From assembly GCA_964016885.1 (NCBI GenBank), contig OZ024742.1, positions 27,714,001 to 27,778,000 of the forward strand: a stretch of DNA of 64,000 bases, given 5' to 3'. Positions 13,518-26,459 of the stretch are shown here, in pieces. The notes beneath the pieces are model-generated. The model was not told the origin of the DNA. It searched no databases and was given only the letters and a program-made list of their open reading frames with translations. Source of the stretch: Eledone cirrhosa (lineage: Eukaryota). The position numbers and the translations under genes are program-made. Within the stretch, counting starts at the first letter, position 1; the number at the start of each line of letters is the position of its first letter.

Positions 13518-13784
13518 TTCCCTTGCTTTTATCGAGAATCTAATTGTAATACGTGACGTATTCTATTCTATAGCGATTAGGTCTTCAAAATGTTTATTAT
13601 AAACATACAGAATATTTTCGAATATTCTATGTCTATATTCACATATATATCGCTATTTCAGAGCATTTATTCCTATTTCTAATTTCTGCCGGACCGGCAA
13701 CCGCTCTTTCAAACCAGTTCCTGTACACAGCTAAGTATTCTATAAGTCTCTAGCTGTGTCATTCTCGATAGAAGCACTGGATAT

Positions 13785-13827
13785 GTGGTCCTGAAGATTT
13801 CTAATAAGAATGAAACGCGTAGATTAC
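13785..13827 (+). ncRNA. Type I hammerhead ribozyme, copy 5
   Basis: Identical to copy 4, 310 bp downstream. Confidence 0.85.
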
Positions 13828-13978
13828 TTCCCTTGCTTTTATCGAGAATCTAATTGTAATACGTGACGTATTCTATTCTATAGCGATTAGGTCTTCAAAA
13901 TGTTTATTATAAACATACAGAATATTTTCGAATATTCTATGTCTATATTCATATATATATATATACATATATACATAT

Positions 13979-14307
13979 GGAGGCATATGGCTTAGTGGTT
14001 AGAACATTGGCCTTGCACTCGAAAGGTTGTGAGTTCAATTCTCGGACCGGGTGATGTGTTGTTTCCTTGAGCAAGAGACTTTATTTCACATTATTCCAGT
14101 TTACTCAGCTGTAAAAATGAGATGATAGGGACTGGGGTCCTTATCATTCCACTGCAAAGTGGTCGTGGACGGGCCACGGCAAAAAAGCACCCACCACTCA
14201 CTGTAAATGAGGTTGGTGTTAGGAAGGGCATCCAGCTGTAGAAATCAAGCCAGTATCAGTTCCCGTCCCACCCTTGCAAGCAGGGAAAAGCGGACGTAAA
14301 ATGATGA

Positions 14308-14311
<4 letters not shown>
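13979..14311 (+). mobile_element. tRNA-headed SINE with RTE-derived 3' end, full length
   Basis: GGAGGCATATGGCTTAGTGGTTAGA...GAGTTCAATTC...TCCTTGAGCAAGA...AAGGGCATCC...GCGGACGTAAAATGATGATG. Confidence 0.85.
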
Positions 14312-14343
<32 letters not shown>

Positions 14344-14377
14344 TTTTTTATCTGTTATCTGTTTATATATACATATA

Positions 14378-15905
14378 TATAACTTGGATAGGTTTCGGCC
14401 AGTATTGGCCCAGGCCATGACTAACTTAATAGCACCACCTGGCGAATTCTTACAATTCAGTGTTTGGGCACCATGGCCCACGCGAGCAGAGAATTATTGT
14501 TTATGGAGGAATATCCGGGTGTAGGAGGCTTATCCGGGATTTCTTGAAGGAATTTATCCAAAGACTTCTTGATCTTGATGGGGTCTGTCTCTGCTTTGAT
14601 GTGTTTTGGTGTAATGTTAAAAAAGAGTGCAGGGCCAATTGAGGTGAAATAATTGTGCCGTATTGTTGTTATATGATGCGAGTGGGATTTTTGTCCGGGG
14701 CGAATAGCACGGGGCCCAAGCCTTGGGTGAACACTAAAGGTGATGCCAACATCATTTGGGCTAAGCTGATGGAATATTTTCCACATCATACAGCTAATGT
14801 AGCGCTCACAGCAACGTTGAAGAGAATAAGGTTTGAGCTTTTCTAATCGACCCCAATAGTCAAGGCCTGTCACGCCAACTATCTTTTTTGTAATTGACAT
14901 TTGGGGTGCTTCAACTTTCATGATACTTTGTTTCGTGTGGGGTGACCACAGTCGACGATAGTATTCAAGGTGGGTGTGGCAAAAGTGGAGAAGAGAAGGA
15001 CATCAGTTTGGATATCTCTCGACTGGAAAGTTCTGAGAATCCAGGAACACATTCTGCGGGCCATATCAACTTTGGTGTTTATATGAGTGGCCCAGCTTAT
15101 ATTGTTGTCCACAATTACTCCCAGGTCTCTGATGTTATTGGAGGCCACTAGAGTTTCACCTGAAGGAAGAGAGTATGGTAGTTTCAGAGCATCCTTTTTT
15201 CAAAATTGGATTAGTTCAAATTTATCCTCATTCAACAGCATATTATTCATTTCTGCCCATTGGATAACAGCCAGTAGGTCTGACTGAAGGCAAGTCCAGT
15301 CACCCACCTCATTGATGAACCTTTGGAGCTTGGAATCATTTGCGAAGATTCTGACGTTGCTGTGTTTGATGATGTCAGTAATGTCATTAATGTAGATGAT
15401 GAAAAGAAGTGGGCCCAACACAGTGCCTTGTGGGACGCCACTGCTGACTTTGGCAGGTCTTGATTTTACTCCTTCGACTACAACATGCTGGGTTCTGTCT
15501 GTTAGGAAACATTTGATCCACTGTAGTAACCTTCCAAAGACACCACCGTTGGATAGTTTTTTCAGTAGAATCTTATGATCAACCCTGTTGAAGGCCTTGC
15601 TGAAATCAAGGTAGATGACATCAGTGTTGGAGCCCTCTCCCAAGGCTCTCAAAACATCGTCAAAGTGATGCAGGAGCTACGTTAGGCAGTCCCTTCCATT
15701 ATGGAACCCATGTTGGCTGGAGTTCAGCAGGCCGTTGCTTTCAAGAAAGTGGGTTATTCGTGATCTCACCACCCTCTCGAATACCTTGAAAATATGAGAG
15801 GTGAGTGAGATCTGACGGTAGTTCACTGCAAGGGACTTATTTCCCTTTTTGAAGACTGGGACAATGGACTGGGACAGAAAGTTTCAGGAATATAGCCAGT
15901 GTCCA
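14378..15905 (-). mobile_element. 5'-truncated CR1-clade LINE RT pseudogene
   Basis: DVIYLDFSKAFNRVDH, SGVPQGTVLGPLLFIIYIND, FANDSK (FADD-like), DLGVIVDNNISW, LDYWGRLEKLKPYSLQR; frameshifted. Confidence 0.9.
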
Positions 15906-15922
15906 TATATACACATATATAC

Positions 15923-15969
<47 letters not shown>

Positions 15970-15972
15970 TAC

Positions 15973-16013
<41 letters not shown>

Positions 16014-16071
16014 TACACATATATACAAATATATACATATATATATATATATACACATATATACATATATA

Positions 16072-16105
<34 letters not shown>

Positions 16106-16125
16106 TACACATATATACATATATA

Positions 16126-16159
<34 letters not shown>

Positions 16160-16184
16160 TACACATATATACATATATACACAC

Positions 16185-16217
<33 letters not shown>

Positions 16218-16290
16218 CATATATACACATATATACATATATACACACATATATATATATATACATATATATATATACATATATACACAT

Positions 16291-17668
16291 ATAATCACTT
16301 GATCACCTACAGATCAGGGGAACATACCAGCCAGGTAGATTATATCCTTACCAGAAGACGTGACAGAGTGACTGTTGTAAACACTAAATCCCTCCCCCAT
16401 GAAGAATGCACCTCCCAACATAGACTGATAATTAGCGACCTCATAGTCAGGACGAGACGTACTCAACAGCAGAAGAGGACTATCCTCAGGAGAAAAATAT
16501 GAAGCTAGAGGACCCCACAGCCAGAAATAAATTTCAAAGCATATTACTTGATGCTTTCGACAGTAAGGAAGAGCATTTAGAGTCGTACAATATAGAGGAA
16601 CAGTGGGAATTCCTGAAAGCAAACCTGCTGATGGCGGCAGACGAAGTCTGTGGCCGGAGCAGGCCTATAGGCTGGAGGAGAGTAACATGGTGGCGTAACA
16701 GTAAGGTGGAGGAGTCGATTAAGGCCAAAAAGCAGGCTTGGAAAGTATGGCGGGATGGGGGAAGTAGAGAAGACTATCAAGTGGCCAGGAGGGAAGCTAG
16801 GAGACAAGTGTACTTCGCAAGAAGGGAAGCAGAGGAAAGAAAGTTCAAGCATGTTCTACAATGCGAGGACCAAAATCGTGAGGTGTTCAGGATTGCTAGG
16901 CAATGTGTCAAGGAAAACCGTGATATTGTTGGGGAGAAGTGTGTACTAAATGATGATGGCGAGTACGCCATCACTGACATTGATAAGAAGGTCGCTTGGA
17001 AGTGTCACTACGAGAGGCTACTAAATGAGGAGAATAAATGGGAGAAGGATAGTCTCCCCCAGGTCGATCCAATAGAGGGACCAGCAGTGTTAGTTGAAGG
17101 TAGTATAATAAGTAAGGCAATCAAAGATATGAAGACGGGTAAGGAGGCTGGGCCTTCGGAAATAGTTGCTGAGATGCTGAAGGCCTCTGGAACGGTGGGA
17201 CACAGCATGGTCACCCAGATAGTAAACCAAGTCATACAGAATGGGGTTGTTCCGAAGGACTGGCGTAGCAGCATCATCATTAACTGTTACAAGGGTAAAA
17301 GAGATGCCCTAGATAGGAGTAACTATAGAGGCATTAAATTAATCGACCAGGTCATGAAGGTCACGGAAAAAGTAATAGCGCAACTAATCAGAGAGAGAAT
17401 CGATCTAGATGAAATGCAGTTCAGGTTTGTGTCAGGCAAAAGTACCACAGACGCTCTTTTCATTGTACGACAACTACAGAAGAAGTACCTAGCTAAAAGT
17501 AAACCCCTATACTTAGCCTTTGTCGACTTGGAGAAAGCCTTCGACAGAGTCCCCCGTTCCATTATCTGGTGGGCTCTTAGAAAACTAGGTGTTGACGAAT
17601 GGCTTGTGAGAGCTATACAAGCCATGTATAAAGAAACAGTGAGCAAGGTTAGAATTAACAACAAATAC
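16291..17668 (+). mobile_element. Internal RTE-PHD LINE fragment (APE endonuclease C-terminus to RT), both ends in TA tracts
   Basis: [16 protein letters not shown]...SQHRL; one frameshift near 16500; [21 protein letters not shown]. Confidence 0.9.
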
Positions 17669-17928
17669 ATATATATATATATATATACATATATATATAC
17701 ATATATACATATATATATATATGTATGTATATATATATATATATATGTATGTATATATATGTATATATATGTATATATATATGTATATGTATATATATAT
17801 GTATATATATATATATTCATATATATACATACATATATATTTACATATACATACATACATATATATATACATATATATATATATATACATATATATACAT
17901 ACATATATATATACATATATACATATAT

Positions 17929-19008
17929 ATCTTCATCTTCTTCGTTTAACGTCCATTTTCGACGCTAGCATGGGTTAGACGGGTGTTGTCCCTCTTTAGG
18001 CAAGGCTGTTCGGGTGACTGTATCTCGCTAATATACGACTATCTGGCAGGTTTTCTACAGCTGGATGCCCTTCCTAACACCAACCACATTTACAGTGTGG
18101 AACTGGGAACTTTTTACCGTGTTACCTACACGGCCACATTTCAGCATGGACTGTGTGTGTTTTTTGTCGTGACACCTACACGATCTCAATCTCATTTTCT
18201 CGTGCTGTTGGTGGGAGTGGGAGTATAGGGTAGGGGTAGTGGATTGGAGTGTATATTAGGTTAACAGGTGCCTACTGACTGTAGGTTTCGCTTTGTACAT
18301 AGGCAAGGCAGGTCTTCTGTATTACTGCGTAGCGCCAAAGATCTCGGTCCGGAGACATTGTCTTAGAGAGATGTAAGTGTGTGAGGTCGGAATTTATCAG
18401 ATCATCCCAGGTTTTTCTAGGTCTACCTACTCCGTAACTACCATCAATTTTGATTGCCCTGCACTTTTTTATGCAGCTGTTGTCTTTCATGAGCATCACG
18501 TGACTATACCAACATAGTCTTCTCTGAAGTAAACAGCATCTGATCCCTCTTATTCCTAATTTCTCACTTAGTTCATTTATGCTTTGCCGTTCACGTATAT
18601 TACTATTACACATCCAACGGAGCATGCATGCTTCGTTCCTTTCTAATCTACGCAGGTCCTCTGCACATAATGCCCATGTCTCACTGCCATGTAGCATTGC
18701 TGTTCGTATACAGGCGTCATACAATATGCCTTTCATTTTTAGAGAGAAACCTTTTGTGGCCAACAGCAGTATAAACTCTCTGAACTTTTTCCACCCCGTT
18801 CTGACTCTGGCTACTGTACTTTCAGAACACTCTCCACCAACTGCTGATTTCGTCACCCATGTAACGGAAAGTGTCTACTATTTCTATAGAACCATCTGGG
18901 CAATGGAAGGAGCTAGTATCCTTTGAACACTTGCTACTTATTGAACCTGAGCATTGGCCACATATAAAGTCTACGTTCTTAGATAGTTTACCTGTGATAC
19001 CACTACAT
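17929..19008 (-). mobile_element. 5'-truncated RTE-PHD LINE (variant 3'UTR)
   Basis: [35 protein letters not shown]; (GAA/GAT) tail at left. Confidence 0.9.
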
Positions 19009-19010
19009 AT

Positions 19011-19045
<35 letters not shown>

Positions 19046-19149
19046 CTTATATATAAAGATTATTTATATATATTTCACGCACGAAACGCCAGCATCAACA
19101 GTTCTCCTAGAGATGCTGACACAAAAAGGCCTATTCCCCCCCCACCCAC

Positions 19150-19345
19150 CCCATTTTTCTTTCATTTCTGTCACTGCCCATTTCCTCAATCTTTCTATTT
19201 CTTCTTTAATGTCTCATTCTATTTTCTGATGAAGGCCTAACATCTAAAACATTGAGACTCTTTACCAACAATATCAAACGTAAAACTAATAATATATTTC
19301 TTCATTGTACTGCGTTATTTCTGTTTGCCTTTTGCATACATACTT
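19150..19345 (+). mobile_element. Short PLE-pLTR-like element with decayed HHR (same family as 34730-34845 and 49345-49530)
   Basis: TCTGATGAAGGCCTAACATCTAAAAC...ATATATTTCTTCAT...GTTATTTCTGTTT shared with 49408-49530. Confidence 0.55.
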
Positions 19346-19559
19346 ATAATATGCATATATATATATATATATATAGGAGCTCATTGAGGATGAGGATTGA
19401 GCTATGATGGACACCATCCTACACACAGATTTCTTACTAAAGTTATGGTTTACTCGTTTCACTGATAACGTCCCTGTACATAGCTTGCACTACTCTCCTG
19501 AGCCATCAATCTAAAATTGGTTTATTTAGAGACCACTGGATTGTAGATTATGGGAGTTT

Positions 19560-19807
19560 GTTAACTACCTTCTCCAGATCAACAAAAGCTAAAAGGGCTT
19601 GTCTCAATTAAGAATTTCTCCCCAAGTTGTCTCATTACACAAAAGGGCATCGGTGGTACTCAAAACTGTCACAAATATAAACTGCATCACATCTAATCTA
19701 ATTTTGTTCCTAATCAGTTGTGTTAAAACTCTTTTGATTACTTTCATAACTTGTACCAACAGCTTGATGGCAGTACATATATACATATATATATATACAT
19801 GTGTGTG

Positions 19808-19856
<49 letters not shown>

Positions 19857-19995
19857 GTTTGTGAATATATATATATACTTCCATACAAGCGAGAGACGGT
19901 CGCCTGACCAACCCCGCATCAAATTGAATAAGAACTGTCTAACCCATGCTAGCGTGGAAAATGTACGTTAAACGGTGATGATGATGATGATGATA
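19560..19995. mobile_element. Decayed RTE RT fragment (minus, 19560-19775) and short RTE 3' end (plus, ~19880-19995)
   Basis: AIKLLVQVMKVIKRVLTQLIRNKIRLDVMQF; AACCCATGCTAGCGTGGAA...(GAT)n. Confidence 0.7.
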
Positions 19996-20039
19996 TATCT
20001 ATCTATATATATATATAATTATATTATCAAAATCACAAA

Positions 20040-20257
20040 TATTACGAGACTGATTCCAGCATTCTGAGCTATATAATTTAGGAAATGGAACTGTATATCT
20101 ATACACATATATGAGTATATATATATAGTAATAATTATAAATGTGAAGACTAAAATCTGAAGAGGGCTCGATAAGGATAAATATATATTAAAAAATCCCA
20201 TTGAGGGTGAAAGCAGCGATTCTTTGCTTAAACTTTAATCTGTTATTTTAATAAATA
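20040..20257 (+). mobile_element. Short element with HHR-like core; same family as 56926-57082
   Basis: CTGAAGA (20157), CTCGAT/ATTGAG stem, GAAA (20209); 3' part GCAGCGATTCTTTGCTTAAACTTTAATCTGTTATTTTAATAAAT identical to 56981-57024. Confidence 0.55.
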
Positions 20258-20824
20258 TATATATATAAATATATATATATCAGTATATATATGAGTATAT
20301 AATATATATACATATATATATATATGAGTATATATATATATATATATATATATGGGATAACAAATTATCGTTATAGGTAATCCAGTTAGAAGTTGTGAAT
20401 ACTCCGTTTTGTGGATAGTTTTAGCATACGGCGTTGTTTGACTCAACAAGAGGTTTCCTTAGGTAGTGAGTTTGTGAGTTCTTGGAATTCCTATGTAAGT
20501 TAATCTTGGAGTAATAATAGTGAAAGAGTGAAGAATAACATGGTCAACAGTACAAAAAGGGTTTTATTTACAGTATTAACAATTGTTTCATTGATTAAGT
20601 TGTCTTAAAATTGCTAATCACTTGAAGTTATGTCACTCAATTTTAAATACAATGTATGCTTCACCAAATCATCAGAAAAACTGATTAAAATTATACACGG
20701 CGTTTGTAATATACTAGGGAAATTCAAATTACAACATCAGTAATAAAGAAAGAAAAATAAAAAAAATAAAAAAGATAGAGAAAAAGAAAGAAGAAAGAAA
20801 AAAGAGAAAGAAAAAAGATAGGGG

Positions 20825-20948
20825 AAAAAGAAAAGAAAAAGAAAAAGAAAAAGAAAAAGAAAAAGAAAAAGAAAAAGAAAAAGAAAAAGAAACAGAAAAA
20901 GAAAAAGAAAAAGAAAAAGAAAAAGAAAAAGAAAAAGAAAAAGAAAAA
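20825..20948 (+). repeat. (GAAAAA)n tandem repeat
   Basis: Direct inspection. Confidence 0.9.
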
Positions 20949-22189
20949 ATAATAAATAAATAATAATAAATAAGTTATAATGAAGATGATAAAAATAAAT
21001 AAAAAAATGTATGTGTGCGAAGAAAAGTGAACATAATATGATTGTTGAAAATAGTTGTGGTGTTGGTGGTTAAAATATAAAGATGTGATGGTATAATCAT
21101 GAAAATAGTTAATATATACATATATGTATTGGTTAAATTAATAAATTAATAAATTGGAAGTTATGTTAGAAGTGAAGAGAATACGATAGGTTATAATGTA
21201 AGAGGCGAAATATATTGAGTGAAAGAGAGAAAAGTTAGGAGGTTATGATGTTGATTCATGTATTAGTTAATTTATTTAACAATAATGGGTTATTATAATA
21301 GACTCAGGTGGTACAATTTGAATTATGGAATTGTTGGGTCGAATCAAGTTGGTTTGAAATTAACGAATTTAGTAGTTGCTTTATGACTACAGAAAATTGA
21401 CCGTTCAATTTTGCTGTTAAGCAGCATTTTGTCATATTTTAAAATATGGAGCAGTGGGACATTCCATTTCTGTAGGCCTTTGCTCCTACAATTTCGACCA
21501 GCTAATCCAGTATTCTTGGTTTGTATCTTTAAGCCGCCAGATTTTATTGGCGAGCGTTGTTGTGTTCATTAGTCTACGGTTCTTTATAGAGTGTCTATGG
21601 ACGTACCATCTTTTTTTGAACTCCCCCACCATAGAATCTAAGTTGCCTGAATTTATAGTACACAGGTAAACTATATTTGACTCCAGGCATCTATTTTGTA
21701 GTGGGCACTTATCCAGTAAGTAACAGTTATATTCTGAGGCCTTCCTATGTGCCGGTTCAATGATGCGGTTTTGTATGTTGTTATGTATGGGCTGAGATTT
21801 GGGTTTGTCGTTGTTTTATTGTGATGCGTTTTGACGTGTGTGTGGTTGTGATGTTGTTATGTGTTTGTGTTTTGTATTTGGTGTTATGGTGTTTGTTTGT
21901 AGGTTATTTGCATTAGAGATTCTTTTATAGTTAATTTACTGTATGTGTGATTCTATGTTGGTTGCAGTAGAGTAAAATAGTTTGATAGTATTTCTATTAA
22001 AAATTTTTATGTATTTGTGAAGTTTAGGGAATTAATTTAAAGAATGTAGAAGGTAGTTTTTTCTTTTTCCATTTCTTTATTTTTTTTCTTTCTTCTTTCT
22101 TTATCTCTCTATCTTTTTCTTTCTTTCTAATTGATGTTGTAATTTGAATTTCCCTAGTATATTACAAATGCTGTGTATAATCTTAATCA

Positions 22190-22297
22190 ATTTTTCTGAT
22201 GATTTGGTTAATCATACATTGTATTTAAAATTGAGTGACACAAATTCAAGTGATGAGCAATTTTAAGACAACTTAATCAATGAAACAATTGTTAATA
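22190..22297 (+). ncRNA. HHR-like motif with ~80-nt stem II inside the pLTR (mirror copy on minus at ~20575-20680)
   Basis: CTGATGA (22196)...TTGGTTAA..TTGTATTTAAAATTG / CAATTTTAAGACAA.CTTAATCAA...GAAAC-AATT-GTT. Confidence 0.5.
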
Positions 22298-22351
22298 CTG
22301 TAAATAAAACCTTTTTTGTACTGTTGACCATGTTATTCTTCACTCTTTCAC

Positions 22352-22403
<52 letters not shown>

Positions 22404-22552
22404 TATATATATATATATATCAGTATATATATATATATATATCAGTATATATATATATATATATATCAGTATATATATATATATATATATATCGTAGCGG
22501 TGATGAATTAGTTTAGCGAGGTTTTTTATATGAAATCGTGTTTATATGAAAT

Positions 22553-22791
22553 TGTTATACTTGGGGAGGGTCATATTTGTGTAATATTGCCAGAATTAAT
22601 AACAGAACACACTCACTGTTTGGTTGGTTTTCGCTTCTCGCTGTCTTTTATATCTGCGATCTAAATTAATCGGTCCTCAATGTTGCCATTGACTGACCGA
22701 CGGTCAAAAATAATACAGATACAATATAGACACAAACACATATATATAGTTTACATAATTTACATAAATCTTTCGTTGCACATCTGCAACA
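22553..22791. mobile_element. Possible solo LTR-like repeat (partial second copy 25818-25910)
   Basis: TGTT...AACA termini; both copies begin at the same TGTTATACTT; no clear TSD. Confidence 0.3.
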
Positions 22792-22938
22792 TCGTCAGTG
22801 GTGTTATATTTTTTCCTCCTGTTGTGTTGTATGTCTACGCCATTTTTTATTCAGTCTGTCTATATATTTATTTATTTGCTTGTTTGTTTATTTTATTTTG
22901 TCTTCTTTGCGCATGCATTTGCGTGTGTGTATATATCA

Positions 22939-22995
<57 letters not shown>

Positions 22996-23015
22996 TATAT
23001 ATATGTATATATATA

Positions 23016-24428
23016 TATTGCCCTTCAGGCTATAACAGAGGAGTTCAAGACAGGCTGCCCGTGGGAACTCCTATACGCAGATGACCTGACACTCATAGCG
23101 GAATCAATGGCCGAGCTAGAGAAGAAATTCCAAACATGGAAGCACGGCCTAGAGTCAAAAGGACTTAAAATTAACCTGGCTAAGACCAAAGTTCTAGTTT
23201 GTAGGAAAGAAAACAAGGCGGCAGTCCCTTCTGGGAAATGGTCGTGCTCGGTGTGTAGGAAAGGCGTAGGTAGAAACTCCATTTTATGTCCTAAATGCAA
23301 AGTATGGGTGCATAAAAGATGTAGTGGGATCACAGGTAAGCTAACTGAGAACATAGATTTTACATGTGGCCGGTGTTCTGGTGCAATAAGTAGCAGCAAG
23401 TGCCCACAAATACTAGCTCTTTCAATTGCGCAGAGGGTTCTATAGAAATAGTGGACAGCTTCCGTTACCTGGGCGATAAAATCAGCAGTGGGGGAGGGTG
23501 CTCTGAAAGTACTGTAGCTAGAGTCAGAACTGGTTGGAAAAAGTTCAGAGAGCTTATACCACTATTAGCTGCTAAAGGGTTCTCCTTAAAAATGAAAGGC
23601 AGGTTGTACGATGCCTGCATACGAACAGCAATGTTGCATGGCAGTGAGACCTGGGCATTGTGTGCAGAGGATATACGCAGACTAGAGAGGAACGAAGCTT
23701 GCATGCTCCGCTGGATGTGTAACAGTAATATACGTGAATGGCAAAGCATAAACGAACTAAGGAAAAAATTAGAGATAAGAGGGATCAGATGTTGTTTACT
23801 CGAGAGAAGGCTACGTTGGTATGGACACGTGATGCGCATGAAAGTCGATAGCTGTATAACAAAGTGCAGGGCAATAAAGATAGACGGTAGTCACGGAATA
23901 GGCTGACCTAGAAAAACCTGGGACGAGCTGATAAACTCCGACATCACACACTTACACCTCTCCAAGACAATGTCACTGGACCGAGACCTTTGGCGGTACT
24001 CAGTAACAGAGAAGACCCGCCTTACCTAAATATATAGTAAAACCTACTCCAGCCAGTAGGCATCTCTAACAAAATACACCCCGTCCCACCACCACCACCC
24101 CCACCCCATCCACATCACCCCGTTCTATGTAAAGTTATGTTGGTGCCGCGCCATCCAGGCCGAAACAAATGAGATCGTGTAGGTGTCACGACAAAAAACA
24201 CACAGTCCACGCTGTAATGTGGCCGTGTAGGCAACACGGTAAAAACCTCCCAGACCCACACTGTAAATGTGGTTGGTGTTAGGAAGGGCATCCAACTGTA
24301 GAAAACCTGCCAGACAGTCCTATGCGAGCAAGACAATCACTCTTGCCTCAAGTGGGACTACCCCCATCCAAACCCATGCAAGCATGGAACACGGACGTTA
24401 AACGTTGATGATGATTGATGATGATGAT
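23016..24428 (+). mobile_element. 5'-truncated RTE-PHD LINE (subfamily A)
   Basis: LLYADD, PHD CSVC..CPKC..H..C..CGRC, FRYLG; frameshift near 23410; premature stop at 23904; 3'UTR and (GAT)n. Confidence 0.92.
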
Positions 24429-24457
24429 ATATATATATATATCAGTATATATATATA

Positions 24458-25450
24458 TCATCATCATCATCATCATCAACGTTTAACGTCCGTGTTCCAC
24501 GCTTGCATGGGTTTGGACGGGGGTAGTCCCACTTGAGGCAAGAGTGATTGTCTTGCTCGCATAGGACTGTCTGGCAGGTTTTCTACAGTTGGATGCCCTT
24601 CCTAACACCAACCACATTTACAGTGTGGGTCTGGGAGGTTTTTACCGTGTTGCCTACACGGCCACATTACAGCGTGGACTGTGTGTTTTTTTAGTCGTGA
24701 CACCTACACGATCTCATTTGTTTCGGCCTGGATGTTGTGGCACCAACATAACTTTACATAGAACGGGGTGGTGTGGATGGGGTGGGGGTGGTGGTGGTGG
24801 GACGGGGTGTATTTTGTTAGAGATGCCTACTGGCTGGAGTAGGTTTTACTATATATTTAGGTAAGGCGGGTCTTCTCTGTTACTGAGTACCGCCAAAGGT
24901 CTCGGTCCAGTGACATTGTCTTGGAGAGGTGTAAGTGTGTGATGTCGGAGTTTATCAGCTCGTCCCAGGTTTTTCTAGGTCTGCCTATTCCGTGACTACT
25001 GTCTATCTTTATTGCCCTGCACTTTGTTATACAGCTATCGACTTTCATGCGCATCACGTGTCCATACCAACGTAGCCTTCTCTCGAGTAAATAACATCTG
25101 ATCCCTCTTATCTCTAATTTTTTCCTTAGTTCGTTTATGCTTTGCCGTTCACGTATATTACTGTTACACATCCAGCGGAGCATGCAAGCTTCGTTCCTCT
25201 CTAGTCTGCGTATATCCTCTGCACACAATGCCCAGGTCTCACTGCCATGCAGCATTGCTGTTCGTATGCAGGCATCGTACAACCTGCCTTTCATTTTTAG
25301 GGAGAACCCTTTAGCAGCTAATAGTGGTATAAGCTCTCTGAACTTTTTCCAACCAGTTCTGACTCTAGCTACAGTACTTTCAGAGCACCCTCCCCCACTG
25401 CTGATTTTATCGCCCAGGTAACGGAAGCTGTCCACTATTTCTATAGAACC
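24458..25450 (-). mobile_element. 5'-truncated RTE-PHD LINE, tail-to-tail with the previous copy
   Basis: ORF 24857-25435; near-identical to 23437-24428. Confidence 0.92.
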
Positions 25451-25462
25451 ATACTGATATAT

Positions 25463-25821
<359 letters not shown>

Positions 25822-26236
25822 ATACTTAGGGAGGATCATATTGTTGTAATACTATTGCCAGAAATAATAACATAATAACAGAACACACTCACTGTTTCGT
25901 TGGTTTTCGCAAAACAAAAAGTATGTATATATATATATGAGTATATATATATATATATGTGTGTGTCCGTCCCAATATTGATCAAATAAACCCTATATCA
26001 ACTGAAACATATTAAATGTTGTTGAAATATGCTGTTGTTTGTATATACATCGTATACACATGTACAGACGTGGTTATTGTATTCACAGATGGGAAGTGGA
26101 ACACAGATAGATAGACTTACAACACAGACATCATCTACACAAACATGTACACAAGCACACACAACCACTATGTCAATGATATTAATAAGTCTCATGTGGA
26201 AATCTGTATATGATGCATATGTATGTTTATGTACAA

Positions 26237-26269
<33 letters not shown>

Positions 26270-26419
26270 GATCTATGTATGTGTATATATATATATATAG
26301 AGAGATCTATGTATGTATATATATATATATACACATATATATGTATATATGTATGTGTATATATATATAGATAGCTGTATGTATGTGTATATATAAAATG
26401 TATGTATATATGATTAATT

Positions 26420-26459
<40 letters not shown>

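Larger units (their letters stand above)
12543..13950. mobile_element. Tandem plus inverted array of a 310-bp HHR-containing unit (non-LTR retrozyme / PLE-derived satellite)
   Basis: Units start at 12543, 12853, 13163; orientation flips at ~13385 (CG microhomology); ~1.8 inverted units run to 13950; both ends abut TA tracts; one HHR per unit. Confidence 0.9.
20355..22352 (-). mobile_element. 5'-truncated Penelope-like element (Neptune-like) with decayed GIY-YIG endonuclease region and inverted pseudo-LTRs (~20518-20760 / ~22110-22352)
   Basis: Minus strand reads HKYIKIFNRNTIKLFYST, NCYLLDKCPLQNRCLESNIVY, EFKKRWYVHRHSIKN, TTLANKIWRLKD, LLNSKIE..CSH; ~240-bp imperfect inverted repeat flanks it. 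Confidence 0.8.

Noticed and set aside
13979-14050. tRNA-like sequence with A and B boxes
   Set aside because: It is the head of a multi-copy SINE; no complete acceptor stem is evident
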